Source: Burkholderiales bacterium (lineage in GTDB: Bacteria > Pseudomonadota > Gammaproteobacteria > Burkholderiales > SG8-41). Taken from it: 64,000 nt of DNA. Made by a program: the position numbers and the translations under genes. Each line of letters begins with the position of its first letter. Within the stretch, counting starts at the first letter, position 1. Shown here one piece after another: positions 49,956-58,982 of the stretch. Below the pieces are notes generated by a model. It was given only the letters and a program-made list of their open reading frames with translations. It was not told the DNA's origin and made no database searches. The DNA lies in the NCBI GenBank assembly GCA_050250695.1, contig JBFWOE010000003.1, positions 4,726-68,725 on the forward strand. The letters are read 5' to 3'.

Positions 49956-50025
49956 TCACCGGTCGTAAGCGTGTTTATGGTTTATGCTGCCGCCGGCCGG
50001 CGGCAGGTGAAAAGGGTTTTAAAGC

Positions 50026-50931
50026 ATGTCACTGCCCGATAAGGTACGCATTGTCGAAGTCGGCCCCCGCGATGGCCTGCAGAACGAAGCGCAACACGTT
50101 CCTGCCACCGCCAAGATCGAGTTGATCCACCGCCTGCAGGAGGCCGGCATTCCGGTCATTGAGGCAACGGCTTTCGTATCGCCGAAATGGGTGCCGCAGA
50201 TGGCGGACAACGCCGAGGTGATGGCCGGCATCCGCCGCAAACCCGGGGTAACCTACCCGGTGCTGGTGCCGAACATGAAGGGGCTGGATGCTGCGATCAC
50301 CGCCGGCGCCGATGAAGTCGTGGTCTTCGGCGCGGCCACCGAAAGTTTTTCCAAACGCAATACCAACTGCAGCATCGACGAAGGCCTCGCGCGTTTCGAG
50401 GAAGTGGCGCAGGCCGCCATCGCCAGGGGCATCAAGGTGCGCGGCGACATCTCGGTCTGCCTCGGCTGCCCGTATGAGGGCGATGTCGACCCTGCTGCCG
50501 TGGTCCATGTCGCAAAGGCGCTGGACGCCATGGGCTGCTACGAAATCACGGTGTGCGACACCATAGGCACCGGCACCGCCGGCAAGACCCGCGCCGTCAT
50601 CGAAGCGGTGGCCCGACACATCCCGATTGAACGCATGGCCGGACACTTCCATGACACATACGGCCAGGCCGTGACCAATGTCTACGCCGCGCTCGAATGC
50701 GGGATCGCGACCTTCGACAGCTCGGTTTCCGGACTTGGCGGCTGCCCATACGCCAAGGGCGCCACCGGCAACGTCGCCACCGAGGATGTGCTGTACCTGC
50801 TCGACGGGCTCGGCATCGAAACCGGCATCGACATGGGCAGGCTGATCGCCGCCGGTGATTACATCTGCAACGTAATCGGCCGGCCCACGCTTTCGCGCGC
50901 GGCGCGCGCGATCCGCGCCAGGTCTGCCTGA
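50026..50931 (+). CDS. hydroxymethylglutaryl-CoA lyase
   Basis: 'VRIVEVGPRDGLQNE', 'FVSPKWVPQMAD', 'GHFHDTYGQA' and 'GLGGCPYAKGATGNVATED' match HMG-CoA lyase. Confidence 0.92.
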   Translation: MSLPDKVRIVEVGPRDGLQNEAQHVPATAKIELIHRLQEAGIPVIEATAFVSPKWVPQMADNAEVMAGIRRKPGVTYPVLVPNMKGLDAAITAGADEVVVFGAATESFSKRNTNCSIDEGLARFEEVAQAAIARGIKVRGDISVCLGCPYEGDVDPAAVVHVAKALDAMGCYEITVCDTIGTGTAGKTRAVIEAVARHIPIERMAGHFHDTYGQAVTNVYAALECGIATFDSSVSGLGGCPYAKGATGNVATEDVLYLLDGLGIETGIDMGRLIAAGDYICNVIGRPTLSRAARAIRARSA

Positions 50932-50933
50932 CC

Positions 50934-51116
50934 GTGACGGCCGATGACTCGCCCTGCATCCATGTGTGCCTGATGGATTATGCGTCAGGCCACTGCATCG
51001 GCTGTTACCGCACACTGGATGAAATTACGTACTGGATCACCTATTCGGCGGAGCAGAAACGCAAAATACTCGCCGCGGCGGAAAGCCGCCGCACAACAAT
51101 GCCGCTATCACGCTGA
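50934..51116 (+). CDS. DUF1289 domain protein (small Cys-rich)
   Basis: 'SPCIHVCLMDYASGHCIGCYRTLDEITYW' matches DUF1289. The GTG start is 2 nt after the lyase stop. Confidence 0.7.
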   Translation: MTADDSPCIHVCLMDYASGHCIGCYRTLDEITYWITYSAEQKRKILAAAESRRTTMPLSR

Positions 51117-51134
51117 CTGAACGGAGTTTGCATC

Positions 51135-51692
51135 ATGCCGTTATCCACATCCGCAACCCGCACCCTGAAACACACCCGCACCGTCGAATGCAAAGGTTAC
51201 GAACGCGAGGATGGTTTATGGGATATCGAGGGTCACCTGGTTGACACCAAGACCTATGTGCATTCCCGCCGCGACGGCGGCCGCGAACGCCAGCCCGGCC
51301 AGCCAGTGCACAACATGTGGCTGCGGCTGACGGTCGATCTCGACCTGAAAATCCACGATGCCGAGGCCGTCACCGACGACGGTCCTTACGAAAACTGCGG
51401 CAGCATCACCGTGAATTTCAAGAAGCTGGTGGGCCTGACCATAGGTCCCGGATGGCGCAGGGCAATCGCCGAACGCGTCGGCGGCGTGCTCGGCTGCACC
51501 CATCTCGTCGAACTGCTGGGACCGCTGGGCACGACGGCGTTTCAGGCCACGGGCCGTGCGCGCGAAGCGCACAACGCGCGCAAGCCTGCCACCGGCAAAA
51601 AGCCTTACCAGATCAATTCCTGCCATATCTACAAGGAGGATGCGCCTGCAGTACTCGAGCGCTGGCCGCAGTTTTATACCGGCAAACGTTGA
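51135..51692 (+). CDS. DUF2889 domain protein
   Basis: 'HTRTVECKGYEREDGLWDIEGHLVDTK', 'HNMWLRLTVD' and 'GCTHLVELL' fit my recollection of DUF2889. Confidence 0.6.
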   Translation: MPLSTSATRTLKHTRTVECKGYEREDGLWDIEGHLVDTKTYVHSRRDGGRERQPGQPVHNMWLRLTVDLDLKIHDAEAVTDDGPYENCGSITVNFKKLVGLTIGPGWRRAIAERVGGVLGCTHLVELLGPLGTTAFQATGRAREAHNARKPATGKKPYQINSCHIYKEDAPAVLERWPQFYTGKR

Positions 51693-51774
51693 TGCGGGAG
51701 ACCTGACTGCCGTTGCCCGACGCAATCGGCCCGCGTCCAGCGAATTCATATAAGTATTTGTTTTTATTTAAATT

Positions 51775-52992
51775 TTATGCTTTTCGCAAGTACCACCAGC
51801 GCGCCACCGGCGACAACACGCCGAAGATGCCGATGCTGGCAAAGGCCAGCCCCCAGGCCGTAACGCTCTGATTCCCCCCGGCCAGATCCAGCGTCATGCC
51901 GAACACGAGCGGCGCGAGGAAGGCCGCGCTGAAACCGAGAAAAGAGTACACCGCCATCATCGCCCCGCGCATTTCCGGCGGCGTGCTGGCAACTGCACCC
52001 GAGGTCAGCGCAGCGGAATCGCCGAGCATCGCGCCGTAATGCACCATCATCAGCAGCACCACGATGTACCAGGGCCACGCCGCGGCAAACCCGATCAGGC
52101 ATGCGATCGTGCCCGACAGCGTCATGAACAGGAAAATGATGCGCTGCCGGCCGAAGCGGATCGCCAGTTCGTTGCCGGTGACGCTGAACACCGGGCCCAG
52201 CACGTTGATCATTGCCGCCAGGGTCGCCGCACTGATCACCATCGGCGCACTCTCCGGCTGCAGCGTCGCGCAGAACACCAGGAATGCCACCATCCACGAG
52301 CGCTGGCCGAACAGTTCATAATTGTGCGCGGCATATCCGATCACGTAAGGCAGCGTCCTGCGGTTGCGCAGCACCGGACGGAAATCGAGCAGCGCCGTGG
52401 CGTGATGTTCACGCGACCGCACGCGCCCCCGCGGTACCGCAAAGGTCACGATCAAACCGGCGATAAGCGGACCGACTGCGCCGAACCAGAACGCCCATTG
52501 CCAGCCCAGCGTCGCAGCGAGTTTGCCGGCCACCACGATCGAAATGCTCGAGCCGATGCCGAAGCTCGCGGTGTAAAACGCCGTGGCGCGTGATTGCGCA
52601 TTGCCTTCCAGGTGATCGGTCAGTGCCTTCAGTCCCGGCATGTAGGTGCCGCCCAGGGCAACACCGATCAGAAATTGCGCAACCGCCGCGCTCCAGAAAC
52701 CCTGGCCGAACAGCGCAAATGTCGTCGCTCCCAGGCTGGCAATGACGCAGGCTCCCAGATAAATCCGCCGCGAGTCGATGCGGTCGGTCAGGCTGGTCAA
52801 CACCGGCACCGAAGCCATGTAGCCCACGAACATGATGCCGCTGATCGCACCCGCCTCGGAGTTCGACAAGCCCCATTCGCGCTGCAGCAACGGCAGCAGT
52901 GTCGTGTACGCGGCAAAGCCGGTCATCGAAAAGGCCTCGGCCAGGCACATGATGAATGTCAGCCGCCGGGCGGATGGTGTCATGGGCGACAC
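51775..52992 (-). CDS. MFS transporter
   Basis: 405 aa with about 12 TM segments. 'LTDRIDSRRIYL' is the loop 2-3 D-R-x-x-R-R-like motif. Confidence 0.8.
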   Translation of the reverse strand: MSPMTPSARRLTFIMCLAEAFSMTGFAAYTTLLPLLQREWGLSNSEAGAISGIMFVGYMASVPVLTSLTDRIDSRRIYLGACVIASLGATTFALFGQGFWSAAVAQFLIGVALGGTYMPGLKALTDHLEGNAQSRATAFYTASFGIGSSISIVVAGKLAATLGWQWAFWFGAVGPLIAGLIVTFAVPRGRVRSREHHATALLDFRPVLRNRRTLPYVIGYAAHNYELFGQRSWMVAFLVFCATLQPESAPMVISAATLAAMINVLGPVFSVTGNELAIRFGRQRIIFLFMTLSGTIACLIGFAAAWPWYIVVLLMMVHYGAMLGDSAALTSGAVASTPPEMRGAMMAVYSFLGFSAAFLAPLVFGMTLDLAGGNQSVTAWGLAFASIGIFGVLSPVARWWYLRKA

Positions 52993-52995
52993 GGA

Positions 52996-53604
52996 TCAGA
53001 CCGCCCCGGCCTTGCGCAACAGCTTGGCTATCGCCTCGGCGATCCGGCGATAACCCTCGGCGTTGGGATGGATGGGATCGGACTTGAGCTCCGGCTTGTA
53101 GAGTACGCTGGTAACAACTTCCTCTTCATACGGTATGCCGAATTCCTGCGCGAGCTTCGCATAAAACTTGGGCGCACTGGTGATCAGCCCCGGCGCCGGC
53201 ACCCCGACCAGCACCGCGTCGATGCCGCGGGACTTGATGGTGCTCAGGATCTGGCGCAGGTTCGTCTCGACGCCTTCCTGAGGTCGTTTGCGCAGCATGT
53301 CATTGCCACCAAGGCAGACGATCACCAGCCGCGGCTGGTGTTCATCCAGCACGCCGGGCAGGCGCTGCAGGCCTCCGGCGGTCTGCTCGCCGGGAACACC
53401 GGCGCGCACCACGCTGCGCCCGATCAGTGTGCTGAGCACTGCGGGATAACTCTCCTCAGGTTTGGCGCCGGTGCCGTAGGTCAGGCTGTCGCCGAAGGCG
53501 AGCACCACGTCACCGGCTCCGAGTTTCGCCAGCGACGGCGTCCCTCCGCCACACCCCGCCAGCCACGCCAGACAAAGCAAAACGATGATCACGCGCCGTA
53601 TCAT
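52996..53604 (-). CDS. SGNH/GDSL hydrolase (TesA-like arylesterase), lipoprotein
   Basis: It has the lipobox 'LAWLAGC', 'VLAFGDSLTYG' (block I), 'CLGGNDML' (block III) and 'DPIHPN' (block V). The ATG overlaps the upstream stop as ATGA. The 416-aa ORF in the track is a read-through extension. Confidence 0.85.
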   Translation of the reverse strand: MIRRVIIVLLCLAWLAGCGGGTPSLAKLGAGDVVLAFGDSLTYGTGAKPEESYPAVLSTLIGRSVVRAGVPGEQTAGGLQRLPGVLDEHQPRLVIVCLGGNDMLRKRPQEGVETNLRQILSTIKSRGIDAVLVGVPAPGLITSAPKFYAKLAQEFGIPYEEEVVTSVLYKPELKSDPIHPNAEGYRRIAEAIAKLLRKAGAV

Positions 53605-55223
53605 GGCTGCCGCTCCTTGAACTTTCCGCGCTTGAAGTCGCGGATGATTTCGCGCGCCGCGTTGCGGCCCGGCAATCCGGTCACGCCACCGCCGGGATGG
53701 GTGCCGGCGCCGCACAGGTACAGGCGGTTGACCGGAGAGCGGTAATCGCCGTAACCGAGTACCGGCCGTGCCGACCACAACTGGTCCAGCGTCAGTGCGC
53801 CGTGAAAAATGTCGCCGCCGACCAGGCCGAATTCGCGCTCGAGATCGAGCGGCGACAATATGCTGCGTCCGATGACGGCATCCCTGAAGTTCGGCGCAAG
53901 CCGGGTCACCGTCTCGATGACGTGATCGGCTGCATCTTCGCGGATGCCGTCCCAGGTCAGGCCGTCGGGCAGATCCGGGCTGAAATGCTGGCAGAACAGG
54001 CTCGCGACATGCCGCCCGGGCGGCGCCAGCGTATCGTCGACAGTGGAAGGAATCAGCATCTCCACCACCGGCGCCCGCGAGCAGCCATAGGTACGCGCGT
54101 CGAAATAGGCCTGCTCCATGTACGCCAGCGAAGGGGCCATGATGATGCCCGACTGGTGATGCTGTGCCGGTGCCGATCCCGGCAGGCATTTGAAGTCGGG
54201 CAGTTCGCTCAGGGCCACGTTCATGCGGAACGTCGCCGAAGCGCATTTCCAGCCGCGGATGCGTCCCAGGAATTCCGCATCCAGTGCGCTAGCGTCGATC
54301 AGGTCGAGATAGAGCAGTTTCGGATTGACGTTGGCAGCGATGCATCTCGCCTCGATCATGCGTCCGTCTTTCAGTTGAACACCCTGCGCGCCACGCGAGT
54401 CGACGCAGACATTGATGACCTCCACGCCGGTATCGATCTGTACGCCGCGCACACGCGCCTCTGCGGCCATCGCCTGGGTGATCGCGCCCATGCCGCCCAT
54501 TGCATGTCCCCACACGCCGCGCCTGCCATTGACCTCGCCGAACACGTGATGCAGCAGCACGTAGGCCGTGCCCGGGGCATAGGGGCTGGCGAAGTTGCCG
54601 ACGATGGCGTCGAAACCGAACGCCGCCTTGATCGGCGCTGATTCAAACCAGCCGTCGAGGAGGTCGCCGGCACTCTTGGCAAACAGGTCCAGCACGTCGC
54701 GCCGGGTCGGCATGTCGAGTTTCCGGAAACGCCGCGCAGTCTTCACCGCAGCCAGGAAATCGCCGATGCCGCCACCGACATTGGGCGGCGTTTCCAGCGC
54801 AAGCTCCCGCAACACGCCGGCCACCCTCTCGAGCATCGCGTAATAATCAGGCAGGCGCGCGGCATCGGCAGCGGAGAAGCGCGCCACCTCGGCCTGCGAC
54901 GCAGCAAGCGAGCCGCCAACCTTCAGGAAATCGGTTTCGGTCAGGGGCAGGAAATTCGATATCGGCCGCTCGACAATGCGCAAACCATGCTCGGCGAGGC
55001 GCAGATCGCGGATAACCTGCGGATTGAGCAGGCTCACGGTATAGCTCGCGGTGGAATTGCGGAAACCGGGGTGAAATTCCTCGGTGACTGCCGCACCGCC
55101 CACCACGCCGCGCCGTTCCAGCACGCGCACCTTCAGCCCTGCGGCAGCCAGATAACAGGCGCAGGTCAGGCCGTTATGGCCTCCGCCGACGATCAGTACA
55201 TCGCAGGCTGCGGTTGGGGGCAT
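53601..55223 (-). CDS. NAD(P)/FAD-dependent oxidoreductase, phytoene desaturase (CrtI) family
   Basis: 540 aa. 'DVLIVGGGHNGLTCACYLAAAGLKVRVLERR' is the Rossmann motif, and the C-terminal 'LYLCGAGTHPGGGVTGLPG' also matches. Confidence 0.85.
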   Translation of the reverse strand: MPPTAACDVLIVGGGHNGLTCACYLAAAGLKVRVLERRGVVGGAAVTEEFHPGFRNSTASYTVSLLNPQVIRDLRLAEHGLRIVERPISNFLPLTETDFLKVGGSLAASQAEVARFSAADAARLPDYYAMLERVAGVLRELALETPPNVGGGIGDFLAAVKTARRFRKLDMPTRRDVLDLFAKSAGDLLDGWFESAPIKAAFGFDAIVGNFASPYAPGTAYVLLHHVFGEVNGRRGVWGHAMGGMGAITQAMAAEARVRGVQIDTGVEVINVCVDSRGAQGVQLKDGRMIEARCIAANVNPKLLYLDLIDASALDAEFLGRIRGWKCASATFRMNVALSELPDFKCLPGSAPAQHHQSGIIMAPSLAYMEQAYFDARTYGCSRAPVVEMLIPSTVDDTLAPPGRHVASLFCQHFSPDLPDGLTWDGIREDAADHVIETVTRLAPNFRDAVIGRSILSPLDLEREFGLVGGDIFHGALTLDQLWSARPVLGYGDYRSPVNRLYLCGAGTHPGGGVTGLPGRNAAREIIRDFKRGKFKERQP

Positions 55224-55267
55224 GGCGGCCGGAATTGCTGCACGGATTGGGGCAAGGGTGGCAAATT

Positions 55268-55344
55268 TGGCGCGCCCGAGACGATTCGAACGTCCGACCC
55301 CTGCCTTCGGAGGGCAGTACTCTATCCAGCTGAGCTACGGGCGC
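55268..55344 (-). tRNA. tRNA-Arg (anticodon CCG)
   Basis: The reverse complement is GCGCCCG-TA-GCTC-AGCTGGATA-GAGT-A-CTGCC-CTCCGAA-GGCAG-GGGTC-GGACG-TTCGAAT-CGTCT-CGGGCGC-G-CCA. It folds by hand into a 77-nt cloverleaf with an encoded CCA. Confidence 0.93.
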
Positions 55345-55443
55345 GTTGCGTGGCGGATTCTAGCATGGCCCCCCGCGGGGAGTTTTACCGGGGGTGGCAA
55401 TGCCGATATAATCCGCGCTTTCTCGCGGCTTCAGGAAAGCGCA

Positions 55444-55980
55444 ATGAGCGAACATCAGACACCTGAACACACCTCGCTGATCAAGACTCCGAAACAGCTG
55501 ATCATTGTCGTTCTGCTTGCTTTTATTGTCCCGGTCGTGATCATCGTGATGCTGGCGCAACTCGCCACCGGCGGCAAAAGGCCGGCGGCAGCCACCGCTG
55601 CTGAAGAAGAGGCGGTTGCCAAACGCATCAAGCCGGCGGGTTCGGTGGTGGTGGACCCCAATGCCCCCATCCCCGCGGCAGAACCCGTGGCATCGGTTGC
55701 CGCCCCGGCGGCTACCGCGCCGGCGGCCGGCGGTAGCCCGGGAAAAGGCAAAAGCGTCTACGACACCGCCTGCATGGCCTGCCACGCCACCGGTGTTGCC
55801 GGCGCGCCGAAAGCCGGCGACAAGGCAGCATGGTCACAGCGCCTGAAAGCCGGTAATGACGCGCTGTATGCCGCAGTCATCAAGGGCAAGGGTGCCATGC
55901 CGCCGAAAGGCGGCAACGCCAGCCTGGCCGACGCCGACATCAAGGCCGCGGTGGATTACCTGACCGGACTCGCGAAGTAA
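55444..55980 (+). CDS. membrane-anchored c-type cytochrome (cytochrome c5-like)
   Basis: It has an N-terminal TM helix, an Ala/Pro linker and a single haem motif 'CMACH'. 'AVIKGKGAMPPKGG' gives the Met ligand region. Confidence 0.85.
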   Translation: MSEHQTPEHTSLIKTPKQLIIVVLLAFIVPVVIIVMLAQLATGGKRPAAATAAEEEAVAKRIKPAGSVVVDPNAPIPAAEPVASVAAPAATAPAAGGSPGKGKSVYDTACMACHATGVAGAPKAGDKAAWSQRLKAGNDALYAAVIKGKGAMPPKGGNASLADADIKAAVDYLTGLAK

Positions 55981-56005
55981 TCCGCAGCGTTCATGCATAA
56001 TCTTG

Positions 56006-56035
56006 GGGCGCAGCATTGCTGCGCCCTTGTTGTTT
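56006..56035 (+). terminator. rho-independent terminator after the cytochrome gene
   Basis: GGGCGCAGC-ATT-GCTGCGCCC is followed by TTGTTGTTT. Confidence 0.7.
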
Positions 56036-56059
56036 GAGCGTCCCTCTTCACTCCGTACA

Positions 56060-56887
56060 ATGGCCACCTACGCGATCGGCGACATCCAGGGCTGCTACGA
56101 TCAAATGCGGCGGCTGCTCGATACCGCCGGTTTCGATTCTCTGCACGACCACCTGTGGCTGGTCGGCGACCTGGTCAATCGCGGTCCGCAATCGCTGGAA
56201 GTGCTGCGTTACCTGCGCGGACTGGGGGATCGTGTTGTTGCAGTGCTCGGCAACCACGACCTGCACCTGCTGGTCGTAGCGGCCGGCGTGCGCAAGCCGC
56301 ATCGCGACGACACGCTGGATGCACTCCTCGCGGCGCCGGACCGCGAAGAATTGCTGGACTGGTTGCGCCGGCAGCGCCTGATGCACGCGGGCGAAGGCTA
56401 CGCCATGGTGCATGCCGGCCTGCTGCCGCAGTGGAGCATTGCGCAGGCGCTTGCACTGGCGCATGAAGTCGAGGCCGCACTGCAGGGTCCCGACTACGGC
56501 GAGTTTCTGCGCCACATGTACGGCAATACCCCGGCGCAGTGGCACGAGGAACTCGCTGGTTACGACCGGCTGCGGGTGATTGTCAACGCAATGACGCGGC
56601 TGCGCCTGTGCACGTCCGACGGCGCCATGGAATTCACCCACAAGACCGGGCTCGACGGCGCGCCGGCCGGTTATTTTCCATGGTTCGATGTGCCGGCACG
56701 CGCGAGCAGCGAAACCCCGGTGGTGTTCGGCCACTGGGCCGCGCTGGGCCTCAAACTGCGCCGGGACATACTCGGGCTCGATTCAGGCTGCGTCTGGGGC
56801 CGCCGGCTCACCGCGGTGCGGCTGGAAGACCGTTGCGTTTTCCAGTGCGGCTGCGAATCGGTCAGGTCGCGAGGCGGCGGGCAATAG
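56060..56887 (+). CDS. apaH: symmetrical bis(5'-nucleosyl)-tetraphosphatase ApaH
   Basis: 'YAIGDIQGCYDQMRRLL', 'LWLVGDLVNRGPQSLEVL' and 'LGNHDLHLL' match ApaH. I took the ATG at 56060 as start. Confidence 0.9.
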   Translation: MATYAIGDIQGCYDQMRRLLDTAGFDSLHDHLWLVGDLVNRGPQSLEVLRYLRGLGDRVVAVLGNHDLHLLVVAAGVRKPHRDDTLDALLAAPDREELLDWLRRQRLMHAGEGYAMVHAGLLPQWSIAQALALAHEVEAALQGPDYGEFLRHMYGNTPAQWHEELAGYDRLRVIVNAMTRLRLCTSDGAMEFTHKTGLDGAPAGYFPWFDVPARASSETPVVFGHWAALGLKLRRDILGLDSGCVWGRRLTAVRLEDRCVFQCGCESVRSRGGGQ

Positions 56888-57653
56888 CCTGGTGGGTGGA
56901 ACGGGCAAGCGTGCGGCGGTCAGCGCCCCTGCCACTCACGGGATCGAGAAACCAGACATGCGCATGGATGACCGGCTGCGCCACAATATCCCGCAGGGTT
57001 TGCCACAGCGACTTGTCACCGTCATAGGCGGCTTCGGTGCATAAGGTGTTGTCGGCACGTTCGAAACGCAGGGCAACCGGATAGACTTCGGCACCGGCAA
57101 TCGATGCCGGCTGCAGCAGCGAACTGTGAAACGGCAGCACCTGACTGCCATCGGTCGTAGTGCCCTCAGGGAATACCGCGCAGACCTCACCAGCCAGCAG
57201 CGCGTTGGATACCAGCCCGGTTATACGCGCCGTATCGCGACGGCGTGATCGCTCGATGAACAGGGTCCCGGTTTTCATGCTCAGCCAGCCGATAACCGGC
57301 CAGCGGCGTATTTCGGATTTGGCGACAAAACGCACCGGCGATACGGCATTGATTACGTATATATCCAGCCAGGAAACGTGATTGGCAACCACCATCGCCG
57401 GGCCTCCTCCCCGTTGCGGGGGTTGCCCATGAACACGCAAACGCACGCCGACGATATCCAGCAATTGCTGCGACCAGCGCCTGATGGCGGCATTGCGCCG
57501 CAAAGGCGAAAAAAACGGAAAAGCGAATGCGATGGTCACCACGCCATGCATCAGGTGCAGCGCAACACGCGTGATGCGCACGTTCCGCCTGCCCAGCAAT
57601 ATGCCCCGGCCGCTCATGGCGGCGATTATAGGGGCCTGCAGCGCGCCGGCCAT
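56862..57653 (-). CDS. olsA: lysophospholipid/lyso-ornithine-lipid acyltransferase (PlsC family, OlsA-like)
   Basis: 'VANHVSWLDI' is the HX4D motif and 'VFPEGTTTDG' also matches. The start overlaps the stop of the upstream OlsB-like gene as TGATG. The 382-aa ORF in the track is an extension into that gene. Confidence 0.7.
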   Translation of the reverse strand: MAGALQAPIIAAMSGRGILLGRRNVRITRVALHLMHGVVTIAFAFPFFSPLRRNAAIRRWSQQLLDIVGVRLRVHGQPPQRGGGPAMVVANHVSWLDIYVINAVSPVRFVAKSEIRRWPVIGWLSMKTGTLFIERSRRRDTARITGLVSNALLAGEVCAVFPEGTTTDGSQVLPFHSSLLQPASIAGAEVYPVALRFERADNTLCTEAAYDGDKSLWQTLRDIVAQPVIHAHVWFLDPVSGRGADRRTLARSTHQAIARRLAT

Positions 57654-58411
57654 CAATTCTTCAGAAAATGACGGGCGTAACGCGCATCCATGCGCGACAT
57701 CGGCAACAGCATCAGCAGGTCGGCAGTGTTGAAGTCCGGATCCCAGGCCGGTGCGCCGCAGACCCAGGCGCCGACGCGTATGTATCCCTTCACCAGGGGC
57801 GGTGGAGCGGCCTCCACGTTGCTTTCCAGCGCGGCAATCGGCAGCGCACACTTCGGAAATACGCGGTATTCGCGTGGTGACAGGCCGGTGCGCGCGAGAC
57901 GCCGGTACACATTCGCGGCCAGATATCCGCCATCTGCCATGCTCAACGACGCGCAGCCCATCAGGTACTGCATTCGGTGCTGCGCCATGTATTCGGCAAG
58001 ACCGGACCACAAGCGCGCAATGGTTGCACCACTGCGGTAATCCGGGTGCACGCAGGAACGGCCGATCTCTACAGTAGTGTCCCGCAGGTGCCGCAGCCGG
58101 GTCAGGTCGAATTCGCCGTCCGCATAAAATTTTCCCAGTTGTCGCGCACGCAATCCGGACAGCAACCGGTAGGTACCGACGACCTCACCGGTGCCGGTGT
58201 CGCGCACCAGCAGGTGTTCGCAATGGGCGTCGTACTGGTCACAATCAATGCCCATGGCCGCCCCCGGCACGCGGGCGCCCATCTCTTCGGCAAATATCCT
58301 GTAACGCAGGCGCTGGGCCTCGAGGATCTCCATGTCGCTGCGAGCAAAGGAAACCGCCAGAGCGGGGGCATGGCCGCGCCCATCGGTTTGCTCCCGGGTA
58401 TGGTCGAGCAT
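57653..58411 (-). CDS. olsB: GNAT-family N-acyltransferase (ornithine lipid synthase OlsB-like)
   Basis: 'AQRLRYRIFAEEMGA', 'DQYDAHCEHLLV' and 'GTYRLL' are typical of the OlsB/hemolysin-like family. It is paired with a PlsC-type gene. Confidence 0.7.
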   Translation of the reverse strand: MLDHTREQTDGRGHAPALAVSFARSDMEILEAQRLRYRIFAEEMGARVPGAAMGIDCDQYDAHCEHLLVRDTGTGEVVGTYRLLSGLRARQLGKFYADGEFDLTRLRHLRDTTVEIGRSCVHPDYRSGATIARLWSGLAEYMAQHRMQYLMGCASLSMADGGYLAANVYRRLARTGLSPREYRVFPKCALPIAALESNVEAAPPPLVKGYIRVGAWVCGAPAWDPDFNTADLLMLLPMSRMDARYARHFLKN

Positions 58412-58513
58412 CGCGTCTGCCTCCGTCCGTGAATGACGGCAGACAGGCTAATGCGGCCCGGTTACACCAAGGTTAAGAAACAGTGAAAAATCGGTTACTG
58501 CCGGCGTTGGGAT

Positions 58514-58969
58514 TCAGTGCGTTACGCGCGAAGTGCGCCCGTCGGACAGGATGCGCACACGGTCTCCTGCCTTGAAGGTTTCATCGGCTTCCTGGACGAT
58601 GGCCACCAGACCGCCGCGATCCAGCTTCACTGTCACTTCAACGCCGGTGCGCCGGGTACCGAACTCCTCCGCTGCCTGGCCGGCCACGCCGCCGGCCACA
58701 CCCCCAAGCACCGTACCCACCGTGGAACCGCGGCCGCGACCGACCGTGCTGCCGGCCACACCCCCGATCACCGCTCCGGCGGCCGGGCCGATACCGCTGC
58801 GCGTACCTTCGATCTGCACCGGGCGCACGCTTTCAACGACGCCCATGCGCACGTTCTGCTCGCGACGCGCTTCGTCGCGGGTATAGCTGCCGCTGCCCAG
58901 GCCGGGAGCGCAACCGGCGAGGATCGCCGAAAAAACCAGTATTGCCGCAGCATTCAACCGCATGCCCAT
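58514..58969 (-). CDS. glycine-zipper outer-membrane lipoprotein (SlyB/17-kDa antigen-like)
   Basis: It has the lipobox 'ILAGC' and 'GPAAGAVIGGVAGSTVGRGRGSTVGTVLGGVAGGVAG'. Confidence 0.8.
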   Translation of the reverse strand: MGMRLNAAAILVFSAILAGCAPGLGSGSYTRDEARREQNVRMGVVESVRPVQIEGTRSGIGPAAGAVIGGVAGSTVGRGRGSTVGTVLGGVAGGVAGQAAEEFGTRRTGVEVTVKLDRGGLVAIVQEADETFKAGDRVRILSDGRTSRVTH

Positions 58970-58982
58970 GGAAAACCTCCTG

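Noticed and set aside
52594-53745. 383-aa plus-strand ORF
   Set aside because: It is antisense to the MFS, GDSL-hydrolase and CrtI-like genes.
52996-54246. 416-aa minus-strand ORF as a single gene
   Set aside because: Only the last 202 aa (from 'MIRRVII...' with a lipobox and GDSL blocks) look like protein. The upstream 214 aa are Arg/Pro/Ala-rich and overlap the CrtI-like gene out of frame, so I trimmed it to 52996-53604.
56862-58010. 382-aa minus-strand ORF as a single gene
   Set aside because: The N-terminal 119 aa overlap the OlsB-like gene out of frame, so I trimmed it to the ATG at 57653, which gives a normal-length PlsC-family protein.
58412-58513. 7-bp inverted repeat GTCTGCC...GGCAGAC upstream of the OlsB-like gene as a regulatory hairpin
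   Set aside because: It has a short stem, a 16-nt loop, no T-run and no second copy, so it is not distinguishable from chance.
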